From Eledone cirrhosa (taxonomy: Eukaryota): DNA of 64,000 nt. Of the stretch, positions 12,906-28,000 are shown piece by piece. The stretch spans positions 125,426,001 through 125,490,000 of the forward strand of contig OZ024741.1 in assembly GCA_964016885.1 (NCBI GenBank), in the 5' to 3' direction. The translations under genes were made by a program, and so were the position numbers. Under the pieces are notes generated by a model. That model ran no database searches. It saw nothing but the letters and a program-made list of their open reading frames with translations, and was not told the DNA's origin. The stretch's first letter is position 1, and each line of letters begins with the position of its first letter.

Positions 12906-15072
12906 CATCATCATCACCGTTTTACGTCCGTTCTTCCACGCTAGCATGGGTTAGACGGGTTGTCCTGTTGTGGGCAGTGTCTGGTCGGCTGACCATGCCT
13001 TGCTCATACAGGAACTGATCTGGCTTGATTTCTACAGCTGGATGCCCTTCCTAACACCAACCTCATTTACAGTGAGTGCTGGGTGCTTTTTCGTGGCGCC
13101 TACACGTCCACTTTACAGTGTGGTCTGGGTGCTTTTTTGCCGTGGCACCTCCACGACCACCTTGCGGTGGGGGGGGGGCATATTGTTTATATGCTTCAGC
13201 ATGTACCCATGGGAGGTCGGGTACCCTGTATTACTGCGTGACGCCAGAAGTCACGGTCGTGTGTCATTGACTTTGAGAGGTGTAGTTGGGTAAGGTCGGC
13301 TTTTATCACCTCATCCCAAGTCATCTTGGGTCTCCCCACTCCGCGGTTTCCATCAACTTCTAGTGCTCTGCACCTTTTTATGCAGCTGTCATCCTTCATG
13401 CGCATCACATGTCCATACCAGCGTAACCGCCTCTCCTGCACGCAGCATTTGATTCCTCTTATGCTCAGTCTCTCTCTCAATTCATTTATGCTTTGTCGTT
13501 CACGTATATTACTGTTACACATCCATCGGAGCATGCAGGCTTCGTTTCTCTCTAATCTACGTAAGTCTTCCACCTTCAGCGCCCAGGTCTCACTACCATG
13601 CAACATCGCTGTTCGGATACACGCATCATACAGTCTGCCTTTCATTCTGAGGGAGAAGCCTTTTGCAGCTAGCAGTGGTAGTAGTTCCCTAAACTTCTTC
13701 CATCCCGTTCTTACCCTAGTTATTGAACTTTCTGAACACCCACCTCCGTTGCTAATTCGGTCACCTAGGTAGCAGAAGCTGTCTACTGTTTCTACAGCAC
13801 CCTCACAGAGATTGGTGGTACTTGTTTCCTGTGGCTGTTTGCTGCTTGCTGTTTCAGCACAGCTGCTGCATGTGAATCCTACATTCTTAATTAAGCTTCC
13901 TGAGATCCCGCTACATCTCTTGTGTACCCATTGTTTGCATTTGGGGCAAAGAATGGAGTTCCTACCTACACCTTTCCTACATACTGAGCAAGGCCATTTC
14001 CTGAGGGGATCTGGGTTCTGTTTTCTCGTCTACTTACAAGGACCTTAGTCTTTGTCATGTGACTTTGAGACCCTTTCTCTCTAGTCCCTGCTTCCAGGTT
14101 TGGAATTTATTCTCTAGTTCTATCATAGATTCAGCTATGAGTGCGAAGTCATCAGCATACAGGAGGTCCCATGGGCATCCGGTCTTAAATTCCTCCGTTA
14201 TTGCCTGCAGGACTATGATGAACAGGAGAGGGCTAAGAACAGAGCCCTGGTGGACCCCAACCTGTACGCTAAATTCCTCGCGATACTCATTGCTAATCCT
14301 AACTTTGCTGACTGCTCCCCTATACATGGCTTGTACCGCTTTCACAAGCCATTCATCTACTCCTAGTTTTCTAAGAGCCCACCAGATTACAGCACGTGGA
14401 ACTCTGTCAAAGGCTTTCTCAAGGTCGACAAATGCCAAGTAGAGTGGCTTACTTTTAGCTAGGTAATTTTCCTGTAATTGCCTCACAAGGAAGAGGGCAT
14501 CAGTGGTGCCTCTTCCTGGTACAAACCCAAATTGCATCTCGTCTATATTCACCCGGTCCCTAATCAGTTGTGCTATAACTCTTTCTGTTACTTTCATGAC
14601 CTGGTCCATCAACTTTATACCTCTATAGTTTCCTCTATCTAGTGCATCGCCTTTGCCTTTGTAGCAGTTGACAATGATGCTACTGCACCAATCTTTTGGT
14701 ATGGCCCCTTCTAGTATTACCTGGTTAACGATACGTGTGGTTATAGTGTGACCTACAGACCCAGATGCCTTCAGCATCTCGGCAGCTATACCCGATGGAC
14801 TGGTTGCCTTCCCCATCTTCATATCTCTGATTGCCTTACTTACTACGCTGCCGCTGACTTGTACTGCTGGTCCCTCTATAGGGTCTACTTGGGGTAGGGA
14901 TCTTCTTCCCATGCATTCTCCTCATTTAGTAATCTATCATAATGACTCTTCCATGCATCTTTCTTCTCAGCACTTGTGAGGGCAAGCTCACCTTTATCAT
15001 TCCGGATACACTTCTCTCCAATGACATCACAACTATCTCTGACACACTGCCTCGCAATCTTGAATACCTCCT
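12906..15072 (-). mobile_element. 5'-truncated, frameshifted RTE LINE, subfamily B
   Basis: ORF pieces 14885-15072, 14055-14912 (RT with YADD) and 13196-13645 are homologous to, but clearly diverged from, the ORF at 7556. PHD cysteines are retained. (TGA)n tail at ~12906-12916. Confidence 0.92.
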
Positions 15073-15195
15073 GTATACATAAACATATATATATACATAC
15101 ATATACATATATATATATATATATATACATAATATATACATATATGAAAGACGTAAAATAAGAAAATTTCAAAATTAACTTTTAATAAAATATTC

Positions 15196-15277
15196 ACTCC
15201 ATCTAATTAGTTTCTGTAAGGGAATAAATATAGTTACGCAACGCATTTATAGAGAAATCCTTACGTCATCAGGGAGT
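15196..15277 (-). ncRNA. Type I hammerhead motif (degenerate at U16.1)
   Basis: Minus strand: ACTCC-CTGATGA-(GTAAGG...CCTTAC)-GAAA-CTAATTAG(palindrome)-AT-GGAGT; embedded between TA tracts. Confidence 0.65.
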
Positions 15278-15278
15278 C

Positions 15279-15733
15279 TATATATATATATATACATACA
15301 TATACATATATATATATGTACATACATATACATATATATATATATACATACATACATATACATACATACATATACATATACATACATATACATATATACA
15401 TATATATACATACATATACATTTATATATATACATATATATATACATACATATATATATATATACATACATACATATATATATATATACATAAATATACA
15501 AATATATATATACATAAATATACAAATATATATATACATAAATATACAAATATATATATACATAAATATACAAATATATATATACATAAATATACAAATA
15601 TATATATACATAAATATACAAATATATATATACATAAATATACAAATATATATATACATACATATATATATATACATACATACATATATATACATACATA
15701 CATACATATATATACATACATACATATATATAC

Positions 15734-15767
<34 letters not shown>

Positions 15768-15791
15768 ATATACATACATATATATATATAC

Positions 15792-15825
<34 letters not shown>

Positions 15826-15897
15826 ACATATATATATATATACATACATATATATATATACATACATACATATATATACATACATACATATATATAC

Positions 15898-15931
<34 letters not shown>

Positions 15932-15951
15932 ACATACATATATATATATAC

Positions 15952-15990
<39 letters not shown>

Positions 15991-16069
15991 CATATACATA
16001 TATATACATATACATATATATACATATACATATATATACATACATATACATATACATACATACATATAC

Positions 16070-16112
<43 letters not shown>

Positions 16113-17081
16113 TATATACATACACATATATATATATATACATATATATATACATATATATATACACATATATATATACATACACATATATATATATATA
16201 TATACATATATATATACATACACATATATATATATACATACATACATATATATATACATACATACATATATATATACATACATACATATATATATACATA
16301 CATACATATATATATATATATACATACATATACATATATATATACATACATATACATATATATATACATACACATGTATATATACATACATACATATATA
16401 TATACATACACATGTATATATACATACATACATATATATATACATACATACACATGTATATATACATACATACATATATATATATATATACATACATATA
16501 CATATATACATATATATATATATATACATACATATACATATATATACATACATATACATATATATACATACATATACATATATATACATACATACACATG
16601 TATATATACATACATACATATATATATATATATACATACATATACATATATACATATATATATATATATACATACATATACATATATATACATACATATA
16701 CATATATATACATACATATACATATATATACATACATATACATATATATACATACATATACATATATATACATACATATACATATATATACATACATATA
16801 CATACATATACATATATATACATACATATACATATATATACATACATATACATATATATACATACATATACATATATATACATACATATACATATATATA
16901 TGTATACATACATATACATATATATATGTATACATACATATACATATATATATATACATACATATACATATATACATACACATATATATATATACATACA
17001 CATATATATATATACATACATATACATATATACATACACATATATATATATACATACATATACATATATATACATACATAC

Positions 17082-17114
<33 letters not shown>

Positions 17115-17141
17115 CATACATATACATACATATATACATAC

Positions 17142-17202
<61 letters not shown>

Positions 17203-17291
17203 CATACATATACATACATATACATACATATACATATATATATATATACATATACATATACATATATACATATACATATATATACATATAC

Positions 17292-17322
<31 letters not shown>

Positions 17323-17547
17323 CATATACATATATATATATACATATACATATATATATATACATATATATATATATACATATATATACATATATATATA
17401 CATATATATATACATACATACATATACATATACATATATATATATATACATATATATATACATACATACATATACATATACATATATATATATATACATA
17501 TATATATACATACATACATATATACATACATATATATACATACATAC

Positions 17548-17608
<61 letters not shown>

Positions 17609-17646
17609 CATACATACATATATACATACATACATACATACATACA

Positions 17647-17709
<63 letters not shown>

Positions 17710-17783
17710 ACATACATATATATATATACATACATATATATATATACATACATACATATATATATATATACATACATATATAT

Positions 17784-17824
<41 letters not shown>

Positions 17825-17857
17825 CATACATATATATACATATATATATATATATAC

Positions 17858-17932
<75 letters not shown>

Positions 17933-17938
17933 CATATA

Positions 17939-17970
<32 letters not shown>

Positions 17971-18040
17971 CATATATATATATATACATACATATATATA
18001 TATATACATACATATATATATATATATATACATACATATA

Positions 18041-18072
<32 letters not shown>

Positions 18073-18078
18073 CATATA

Positions 18079-18110
<32 letters not shown>

Positions 18111-18174
18111 CATATATATACATACATACATATATATATATATACATACATATATATGCATACATACATATATA

Positions 18175-18206
<32 letters not shown>

Positions 18207-18405
18207 CATATATATACATACATACATATATATACATACATATACATATATATATATATATACATACATACATACATATACATATATATATATATACATA
18301 CATATACTTATATATACATACATATACATACATATATATACATACATATACATACATATACATACATATACATACATATATATACATACATATACATATA
18401 TATAT
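15279..18405. repeat. ~3.1 kb complex (TA)n/(TACA)n array with local higher-order units
   Basis: For example a 24-bp unit CATAAATATACAAATATATATATA repeated about 7 times at ~15489-15655. Confidence 0.95.
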
Positions 18406-19009
18406 GGTGGCTGCCAACTCGTTTTCGAGTACGGCCACTACTTTATATCCATGTAGGAGAACCCCTACCAATGCGCTGAACAAGTGTTACTTTTTAGTCC
18501 AGCCAGCGACTTGAAAACTCTGGTACAAACACTACACTTGTGACATTTATTGACACATAGTGCTGGGCCCTTGGTACCATGTGACGACAAGTGCAGAGAG
18601 ATCTCCAGATATAAAGCAATGCCTGTGCTGTGAAGCTTTTATAGTGAGCAAAGGCACTGCACAAAGCCAGTCCCACTCTCTTAACCAAGATGATATTTAC
18701 CAAAAAGAAGAACAAGTCAACATCATTGGATACCATCAGGGTTGCAGGTGTTATATCAGAGTTTTCCTTCTCCTAGAATTCTGCCTTGACAAAGGCTAAG
18801 GGGTCATCTCTCCCAGTGATTTTGGATGGCTATTGACTCTTAAGAGCCCCTTTGCCTTTTGACAGGTTTTGTTTTTAGTCCTGCAGGATGTCCAAAGCCA
18901 CCCTCCTCACCAAGAAACCTTAGTGGGGTTGCCAGTTTAGTCGCCAACGACCCGACCATGAGACAGGTTGTACTGGGATACATGTTACCAATAGCACCAA
19001 CTGGTGACC
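18406..19009. mobile_element. Unclassified ~0.6 kb interspersed repeat, copy 1
   Basis: High similarity to 50376-50911; both copies are flanked by TA arrays. The minus-strand CTAGGAGAAGGAAAACTCTGA resembles RTE 5' UTR motifs (from memory, unverified). Confidence 0.7.
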
Positions 19010-19305
19010 TATATATATATACATACATATATACATACATATACATATATATATACATACATATACATATATATATATACATACATACATACACATATAT
19101 ATATATACATACATATACATATATATACATATATATTTACATACATATATATATATATATATATATACATACATACATATACATATATATATATACATAC
19201 ATATACATATATATACATATATATATACATACATATATATATATACATACATATATATACATATATAGAGATTACAATAATCAAAGTTCAGTGTAAGTCA
19301 TTTAT

Positions 19306-19354
19306 TTGCTTACAATTGTTTCCCCCAAACCGAGGTTTGGATTCTTCGGAGCAA
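19306..19354 (-). ncRNA. Type I hammerhead motif with CCGAAGA core
   Basis: Minus strand: TTGCT-CCGAAGA-(CCAAACC-TC-GGTTTGG)-GAA-ACAATTGT(palindrome)-A-AGCAA. Confidence 0.75.
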
Positions 19355-19769
19355 CTATTTACTGATCTATAACATACTTGACCTCCTTTTCAACCCAAGA
19401 GACATATAAAACATATGCGCATATTTATCAACAGTGGGGTGACACTCATCAAATGATATAGCATGGCAATTTACATATAAAGGTTACAGGATAAAAATAA
19501 AATAAAATAAAAACAAAGTTCTTTTGTTGCACATCTGCAACATCGTCAGTGGTGCTATTATGTTTCCTCCTGTTGTATTGTATGCCTACGCCATCTTTGT
19601 TAGACTATATATATGTGTTTGTGTCTATATTGTATCTGTATTTTTGACCATTGGTCAGTCAATAGTAACATTGAGGACCGAATAAATTAAATTAACCGAT
19701 ATATAAGACGCAGAAGGGAAAACCAACCAAACAGTGAGTGTGTTCTGTTATTAATTTTGGCAATATTAT

Positions 19770-20370
19770 TATATATATGTGTATATAGATATATATATAT
19801 ACACATATATATACATATATATGTATACACATATATATACATATATAGGTATACACACATATATATACATATATATGTATACACATATATATACATATAT
19901 ATGTATACACATATATATACATATATATGTGTACACATATATATACATATATATGTATACACATATATATACATATATGTGTATACACATATATATACAT
20001 ATATGTGTATACACATATATATACATATATATGTATACACATATATATACATATATATGTATACACATATATATATACATATATATGTATACACACATAT
20101 ATATACATATATATGTATACACATATATATACATATATATGTATACACATATATATATACATATATATGTATACACATATATATATACATATATATGTAT
20201 ACACATATATATACATATATATGTATACACATATATATACATATATATGTATACACATATATATACATATATATGTATACACATATATATACACATATAT
20301 ATACATATATATGTATACACATATATATACACATATATATACATATATATGTATACACATATATATACAC

Positions 20371-20415
<45 letters not shown>

Positions 20416-20573
20416 CATATATACATATATATATATACATATATATATATACATATATACATATATATATATACATATATATATATACATATATACATAT
20501 ATATATATACATATATACATATATATATATACATATATACATATATATATATACATATATATATATACACATA

Positions 20574-20627
<54 letters not shown>

Positions 20628-20718
20628 CATACAAATATATATACATACAAATATATATACATACAAATATATATACATACATATATATATACATACATAT
20701 ACATACATATATATATAC

Positions 20719-20749
<31 letters not shown>

Positions 20750-20762
20750 CATATATATATAC

Positions 20763-20797
<35 letters not shown>

Positions 20798-20798
20798 C

Positions 20799-20833
<35 letters not shown>

Positions 20834-20850
20834 CATATATATATACATAC

Positions 20851-20881
<31 letters not shown>

Positions 20882-20882
20882 C

Positions 20883-20937
<55 letters not shown>

Positions 20938-20948
20938 CATATATATAC

Positions 20949-20988
<40 letters not shown>

Positions 20989-21015
20989 ACATACATATAT
21001 ATATATACATACATA

Positions 21016-21075
<60 letters not shown>

Positions 21076-21076
21076 C

Positions 21077-21107
<31 letters not shown>

Positions 21108-21382
21108 CACATACATATACATATACATATATATACATATATATATACATACATATATATATACATACATATATATATACATATATATACATATATATAT
21201 ACATACATATATATATACATATACATATATATATACATACATATATATATATACATATACATATATATACATATATATATACATATATATATACATATAT
21301 ACATATATATATATACATATATACATATATATATATATACATATATATATACATATATACATATATATATATACATATATAC

Positions 21383-21429
<47 letters not shown>

Positions 21430-21516
21430 CATATATATATATACATATATATATATACATATATATATATACATATATATATATACATATATATATATAC
21501 ATATATATATATACAT
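19770..21516. repeat. Complex TA/TACA/TGTA array
   Basis: Directly visible; contains units such as GTATACACATATATATACATATATAT. Confidence 0.95.
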
Positions 21517-23968
21517 ATCATCATCATCATCATCATCATCAACGTTTAACGTCCGTGTTCCACGCTTGCATGGGTTTGGACGGGGTAGTCCCACTTGAGG
21601 CAAGAGTGATTGTCTTGCTCGCATAGGACTGTCTGGCAGGTTTTCTACAGTTGGATGCCCTTCCTAACACCAACCACATTTACAGTGTGGGTCTGGGAGG
21701 TTTTTACCGTGTTGCCTACACGGCCACATTACAGCGTGGACTGTGTGTTTTTTTGTCGTGACACCTACACGATCTCATTTGTTTCGGCCCGGATGGCGCG
21801 GCACCAACATAACTTTACATAGGACGGGGTGGTGTGGATGGGGTGGGGGTGGTGGTGGTGGGACGGGGTGTATTTTGTTAGAGATGCCTACTGGCAAGGC
21901 GGGTCTTCTCTGTTACTGAGTACCGCCAAAGGTCTCGGTCCAGTGACATTGTCTTGGAGAGGTGTAAGTGTGTGAGGTCGGAGTTTATCAGCTCGTCCCA
22001 GGTTTTTCTAGGTCTGCCTATTCCGTGGCTACCGTCTATCTTTATTGCCCTGCACTTTGTTATACAGCTATCGACTTTCATGCGCATCACGTGTCCATAC
22101 CAACGTAGCCTTCTCTCGAGTAAACAACATCTGATCCCTCTTATCTCTAATTTTTTCCTTAGTTCGTTTATGCTTTGCCGTTCACGTATATTACTGTTAC
22201 ACATCCAGCGGAGCATGCAAGCTTCGTTCCTCTCTAGTCTGCGTATATCCTCTGCACACAATGCCCAGGTCTCACTGCCATGCAACATTGCTGTTCGTAT
22301 GCAGGCATCGTACAACCTGCCTTTCATTTTTAGGGAGAACCCTTTAGCAGCTAATAGTGGTATAAGCTCTCTGAACTTTTTCCAACCAGTTCTGACTCTA
22401 GCTACAGTACTTTCAGAGCACCCTCCCCCACTGCTGATTTTATCGCCCAGGTAACGGAAGCTGTCCACTATTTCTATAGAACCCTCTGCGCAATTGAAAG
22501 AGCTAGTATTGTGTGGGCACTTGCTGCTACTTATTGCACCAGAACACCGGCCACATGTAAAATCTATGTTCTTAGTTAGCTTACCTGTGATCCCACTACA
22601 TCTTTTATGCACCCATACTTTGCATTTAGGACACAAAATGGAGTTTCTACCTACGCCTTTCCTACACACCGAGCACGACCATTTCCCAGAAGGGACCGCC
22701 GCCTTGTTTTCTTTCCTACAAACTAGAACTTTGGTCTTAGCCAGGTTAATTTTAAGTCCTTTTGACTCTAGGCCGTGCTTCCATGTTTGGAATTTCTTCT
22801 CTAGCTCGGCCATTGATTCCGCTATGAGTGTCAGGTCGTCTGCGTATAGGAGTTCCCATGGGCAGCCTGTCTTGAACTCCTCTGTTATAGCCTGAAGGGC
22901 AATAATAAATAGTAGGGGGCTGAGAACAGAGCCCTGATGGACGCCAACTTTTACGCTAAACTCTTCACTATATTCGTTGTTAATTCTAACCTTGCTGACT
23001 GTTTCTTTATACATGGCTTGTATAGCCCTCACAAGCCATTCGTCAACGCCTAGTTTTCTAAGAGCCCACCAGATAATGGAGCGGGGGACTCTGTCGAAGG
23101 CTTTCTCCAAGTCGACAAAAGCTAAGTAGAGGGGTTTACCTTTAGCTAGGTACTTCTCCTGTAGTTGTCGTACTATGAAAAGAGCGTCTGTGGTACTTTT
23201 GCCTGACACAAACCCGAACTGCATTTCATCTAGGTCAATTCTCTCTCTGATTAGTTGCGCTATTACTTTTTCTGTGACCTTCATGACCTGGTCGATTAAT
23301 TTAATGCCTCTATAGTTACTCCTATCTAGGGCGTCTCCTTTACCCTTATAACAGTTAACGATGATGCTGCTATGCCAGTCCTTCGGAACAACCCCATTCT
23401 GTACGACTTGGTTAACTATGCGGGTGACCATGGTGTGTCCCACCGTGCCAGATGCCTTCAGCATCTCAGCAACTATTTCCGAAGGCCCAGCCGCCTTACC
23501 TGTCTTCATATCCTTGATTGCCTTACTTATTATACTCCCCTCGACTAACACTGCTGGTCCCTCTATTGGGTCGACATGGGGGAGACTGTCTTTCTCCCAT
23601 TTATTCTCCTCATTTAGTAGCCTTTCATAGTGACACTTCCAAGCTGCCTTCTTATCAGTGTCGGTGATGGCAAGTATGCCATCATCGTTAAGTACACACT
23701 TCTCCCCGACAATATCACGGTTTTCCTTGACGCATTGCCTAGCAATCCTGAACACCTCACGTTTTTGGTCATCGCGTTGTAGGACATGCTTGAACTTTCT
23801 TTCCTCAGCTTCCCTTCTTGCTAAGTACACTTCTCTCCTAGCTTCCCTCCTGGCCACTTGATAGTCTACTCTACTTCCCCCATCCCGCCATACTTTCCAA
23901 GCCTGCTTTTTGGCCTTAATTGACTCCTCCACCTTACTGTTCCACCACCATGTTACTCTCCTCCTGCC
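21517..23968 (-). mobile_element. 5'-truncated RTE subfamily A copy, apparently identical to 8720-11163
   Basis: Translated ORF from GRRRVTWWW to the stop is identical to the ORF at 7556-10810; same 3' UTR and (TGA)n tail; TA arrays on both flanks. Confidence 0.95.
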
Positions 23969-24017
<49 letters not shown>

Positions 24018-24070
24018 CATATATATATATACATATATATATACATATATATATATACATATATATACAA

Positions 24071-24153
<83 letters not shown>

Positions 24154-24158
24154 TACAA

Positions 24159-24213
<55 letters not shown>

Positions 24214-24231
24214 TATATATATATATATATA

Positions 24232-24431
24232 NNNNNNNNNNNNNNNNNNNNNNNNNNNNNNNNNNNNNNNNNNNNNNNNNNNNNNNNNNNNNNNNNNNNN
24301 NNNNNNNNNNNNNNNNNNNNNNNNNNNNNNNNNNNNNNNNNNNNNNNNNNNNNNNNNNNNNNNNNNNNNNNNNNNNNNNNNNNNNNNNNNNNNNNNNNNN
24401 NNNNNNNNNNNNNNNNNNNNNNNNNNNNNNN
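24232..24431. other. Assembly gap (200 N)
   Basis: Run of N inside a TA array. Confidence 0.99.
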
Positions 24432-24582
24432 TATCTATATATATATATACATATCTATATATATATATACATATATATACATATACATATATATATATAT
24501 ACATATCTATATATATATACATATCTATATATATATACATATCTATATATATATACATATCTATATATATATATATACATAC

Positions 24583-24626
<44 letters not shown>

Positions 24627-24637
24627 GTATATATGTA

Positions 24638-24846
24638 CGTTATTCCGGGTTGAATCGGAGGTAACCACAGTAAGTAAGGTACTCAATACATAGCAGAGTA
24701 TAAAAGTTTTAATATAGATGAGATTCTACAGGACTAGAACTGTTTCATTCTTTAGAAATCATCAGGAATCCGATGATTCCTGATGATTTCTAAAGAATGA
24801 AACAGTTCTAGTCCTGTAGAATCTCATCTATATTAAAACTTTTATA
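24638..24846. mobile_element. Palindromic double-hammerhead element (Penelope pLTR-derived)
   Basis: 72-bp perfect arms 24699-24770 / 24775-24846. Plus HHR at 24775-24823: GATTC-CTGATGA-TTTCTAAAGAAT-GAAA-CAG..CTG-TA-GAATC, with a mirror HHR on the minus strand. Sister copy at 44603-44788. Confidence 0.85.
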
Positions 24847-24876
24847 TATGTATATATATATATACATATATATATG

Positions 24877-24977
<101 letters not shown>

Positions 24978-25072
24978 GTATATATACATATGTATATATA
25001 CATATGTATATATACATATATATATATATATGTATATATATATACATATATATATATATACATATATATGTA

Positions 25073-28000
25073 TGATAAGAGGGTGTTAAAGTTTGCTTTG
25101 AAGCATTGTGAAATGTGTAAAAATACGTATTTAAGAAAGCCACAACAATGCAAAGGGAAATCTCGAGGTAGGAAGTGAAATATAGATAGGAAAAACAGGT
25201 GAAAGTGAAAATTGAGAGAGACAAAGATGAAAACAAAACAAAGGTAGAAGGGTTACCGTAGTAGAGATTTAATCCCAGTATTTCGGGCTCACGCCCATCA
25301 ACGGGGAAAAGTTCCAAAAGGGGGGAAACAGGCCAAGCGGAGAAAGTTGTGATGTCGTTAAGACAGGAATGCCGTTATGGGGAGAAAAATATTTAAAATT
25401 TCAACGAGGGAAAGAATGCGCGTGCGCGTGATAGGCTGTGGCAAAAGCTACTGACCAAATGGGTTAAATCAAGAGGGTGCGTTAGCGTGTGAAAGCCGTA
25501 AGATATGTGTATGTAAATATATATGTGTGTGTAACTGTGTGTGTATAAGTGTAAGTGTGTATAAGTGTAAGTGTGTATATGTGTGAGTGTGTGTGAAAGA
25601 TAGTGGGCTGTAGAAGTTGGAAATCAAAGGGTGTGAAAGGTGGTAGGTTGTAAAATATGTGTGCGTGTATAAATATAGATGTGTGTGTGTAAGCGTATGG
25701 GTATACATGTGTGTGTATATGTGTGAGTGCGTTTGTGTGTGAAAGATAGTGGGCTGTAGAAGCTGGAAATCAAAGGGTGTGAAAGGTGGTAGGTTGTAAA
25801 AACATGTGTGCGTGTATAAATATAGATGTGTGTGTGTATGCGTATGGGTATGCATATACGTGCGTGTGTGTGAAGATAGCAGGCCGTAGGCTGTGAATGG
25901 TCATTATGGTTAAGTTAGCCATGTCAGCTCATTTCTCTCAGCCCGGTTGTTAAGTGGGGGTTTGAGGTTCTTAATAACAAGTGCTTCCTTTATCCTTAAG
26001 GATCCGATGCTGCGTTCAGTCGCTAGGACTGTGACCAAGGGTCTACCCTGTGGGTTTCCGCATTTAAGGATATGTTTACGGAAGGAAGATGCGTTGGTGT
26101 TGATATGTTCCTTGATACGAACATGTAGGGGTCGGATGGTGCTACCTATGTAAAACTTGTTACATTTATCGCATTGAATCTTATATACGACATAGGTGCG
26201 TAGGCAATCTGCCCCCCGTATCGGGCAGTTGCTGAGGGAACACGTCCCATGTGCCTCGTAGGGTTTGTTGGAGAGGCATCTTCGCAGCGAAGGTCCTGTG
26301 TGGGCCAAATGTATGTCAAGTCCCTCCGTCCGTATGGCCCTGCGGATGGCGTTCGTGGTATATTCACTCAGGTCGGGGATTTTAAAGAAGCACCTGCTAA
26401 TATTAAGTTTTCTAGTGGGTGTCAGTCTACTGGGTCTGGGGTCTCTAATTCCGTTAATCAGTCGCTTGGGATAACCATTAGATCTGAGTAGATTACGGAA
26501 TTGCGTGGTATGGGCGAGACCACCCATCGGGTCGCTGCATCTGTTAGTGATCCGTGTCAGTTCATTTAGGACATAGCCTCTCTTAGCGTTGTTGGGGAGG
26601 GCTGAGTTATAATGCACAAATAAGTCCTTGCACGCTGCTTTGCGGTAGAAGGTGGTGTTTATGTCTCCTTCTTCCGAGATGTTGATACGGAAGTCGAGGA
26701 GGGCGAGTGACCCGTCTTCTCCTGGGTGTTCGATGGTGAAATCGATGTGCTGGTCAGTATCGTTGAAGATTTGGTGAATTTCATTCGCCATCTCCCGGGA
26801 AGAGGTAAGTATCAGGATATCATCAACGTATCTGGAGTAGAAGGCGACGGCGTTGGGTTGGCAGGTATTGAGTGCCTTGCGTTCCAGGTGGTCCATGTAC
26901 GAGATCGCAAGTATGCCGGACAGACTAGAGCCCATAGGTAGCCCAGAGATTTGTTTGTACGTGTGGCCGAGGAAATTGAAGAGTGCATTATCCACAACGA
27001 AGGAGAGGAGTTGGTGGATGTCCGTGTGTGTGAGTCCGAAGCAGTGTAAGTTAGATGCTCGGACTCGTTCGGTCAACAGGTCGACAGCTGGGGATGCTGG
27101 TACGGAGGTATAAAGGGCGACCACATCAAGACTGAAGGCATAACCGTTGTCCTTTCTGGTGTTGGGCGCCAGATGGTGTAGTCGCTCCAAGACTTCCTTT
27201 GAGCTGCAGACGTGGGCTGGTAGTGTGTGTAGAATAGGTTTCAGTAGTGTGGAGAGCAGCCACGATATTTTGTAGAGTGGGCCCTCCACGCTAGAGACAA
27301 TGGGCCTGATTTTCAAATCGGGTCCTTGTTTATGTGTTTTGACCAGGTGGTAGAAGGTGGGTAATTTGCTGTTTCGAGTCATTATGTTGTTTTTTACCTT
27401 CTTTGGCAGTTTTCGTTGGACACAGATGTTAGTCCATATGGTGTTAATGCCTTCCTCGATTAGAGTCGAGGAGGTCCCTGTGACTTTCGAGTAGAGGCTG
27501 TGGTCATTAAGATGTTGAAGAGCTAAGTTGTTGTAGGTCTCTCTCGAGATGACACAGAATTCTTTCCCCTTGTCAGAGGGAAGGTACACAAGGTTCCTGG
27601 ATCTTAGGTTGGTGAGAGTATTAAATTGTGCATTGGTGAGGTTGCGTTTATTGTGTGTGTGTGTGTGTTGGGAAAGGATGTTAGAGATAGAATGTTTCAA
27701 CCTGAGTAGTTTAGTGTCAAGTTCGTGGTTGGTGGGTGGGGGGTGGAGTGGGTTGTCGAGGTGATACGTGGGGAGTGTGGGGTGGGTTGTGGGGTTGTAA
27801 TCGATCTCGGTGTTGTTTTGGATGGCGGTTAGCCATTTCAGTTGATAAGCTGTCCGACAGAAGTTGGTTTCGATGTCGAGTTTCAGTCTATCATCGAGAC
27901 GCTGTGTAATGATGAACTTGGGTCCGAGGCGCAGAAGTTCGAGTTCGTCGTTGGTGAGGGTACCGGTTAAGTCGGTAACGAGGTGTGAAGCATCGTTGGT

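Noticed and set aside
7793-23861. Antisense and overlapping ORFs within RTE copies (e.g. [29 protein letters not shown])
   Set aside because: Shadow frames repeated only because the LINE is repeated; no independent protein motifs.
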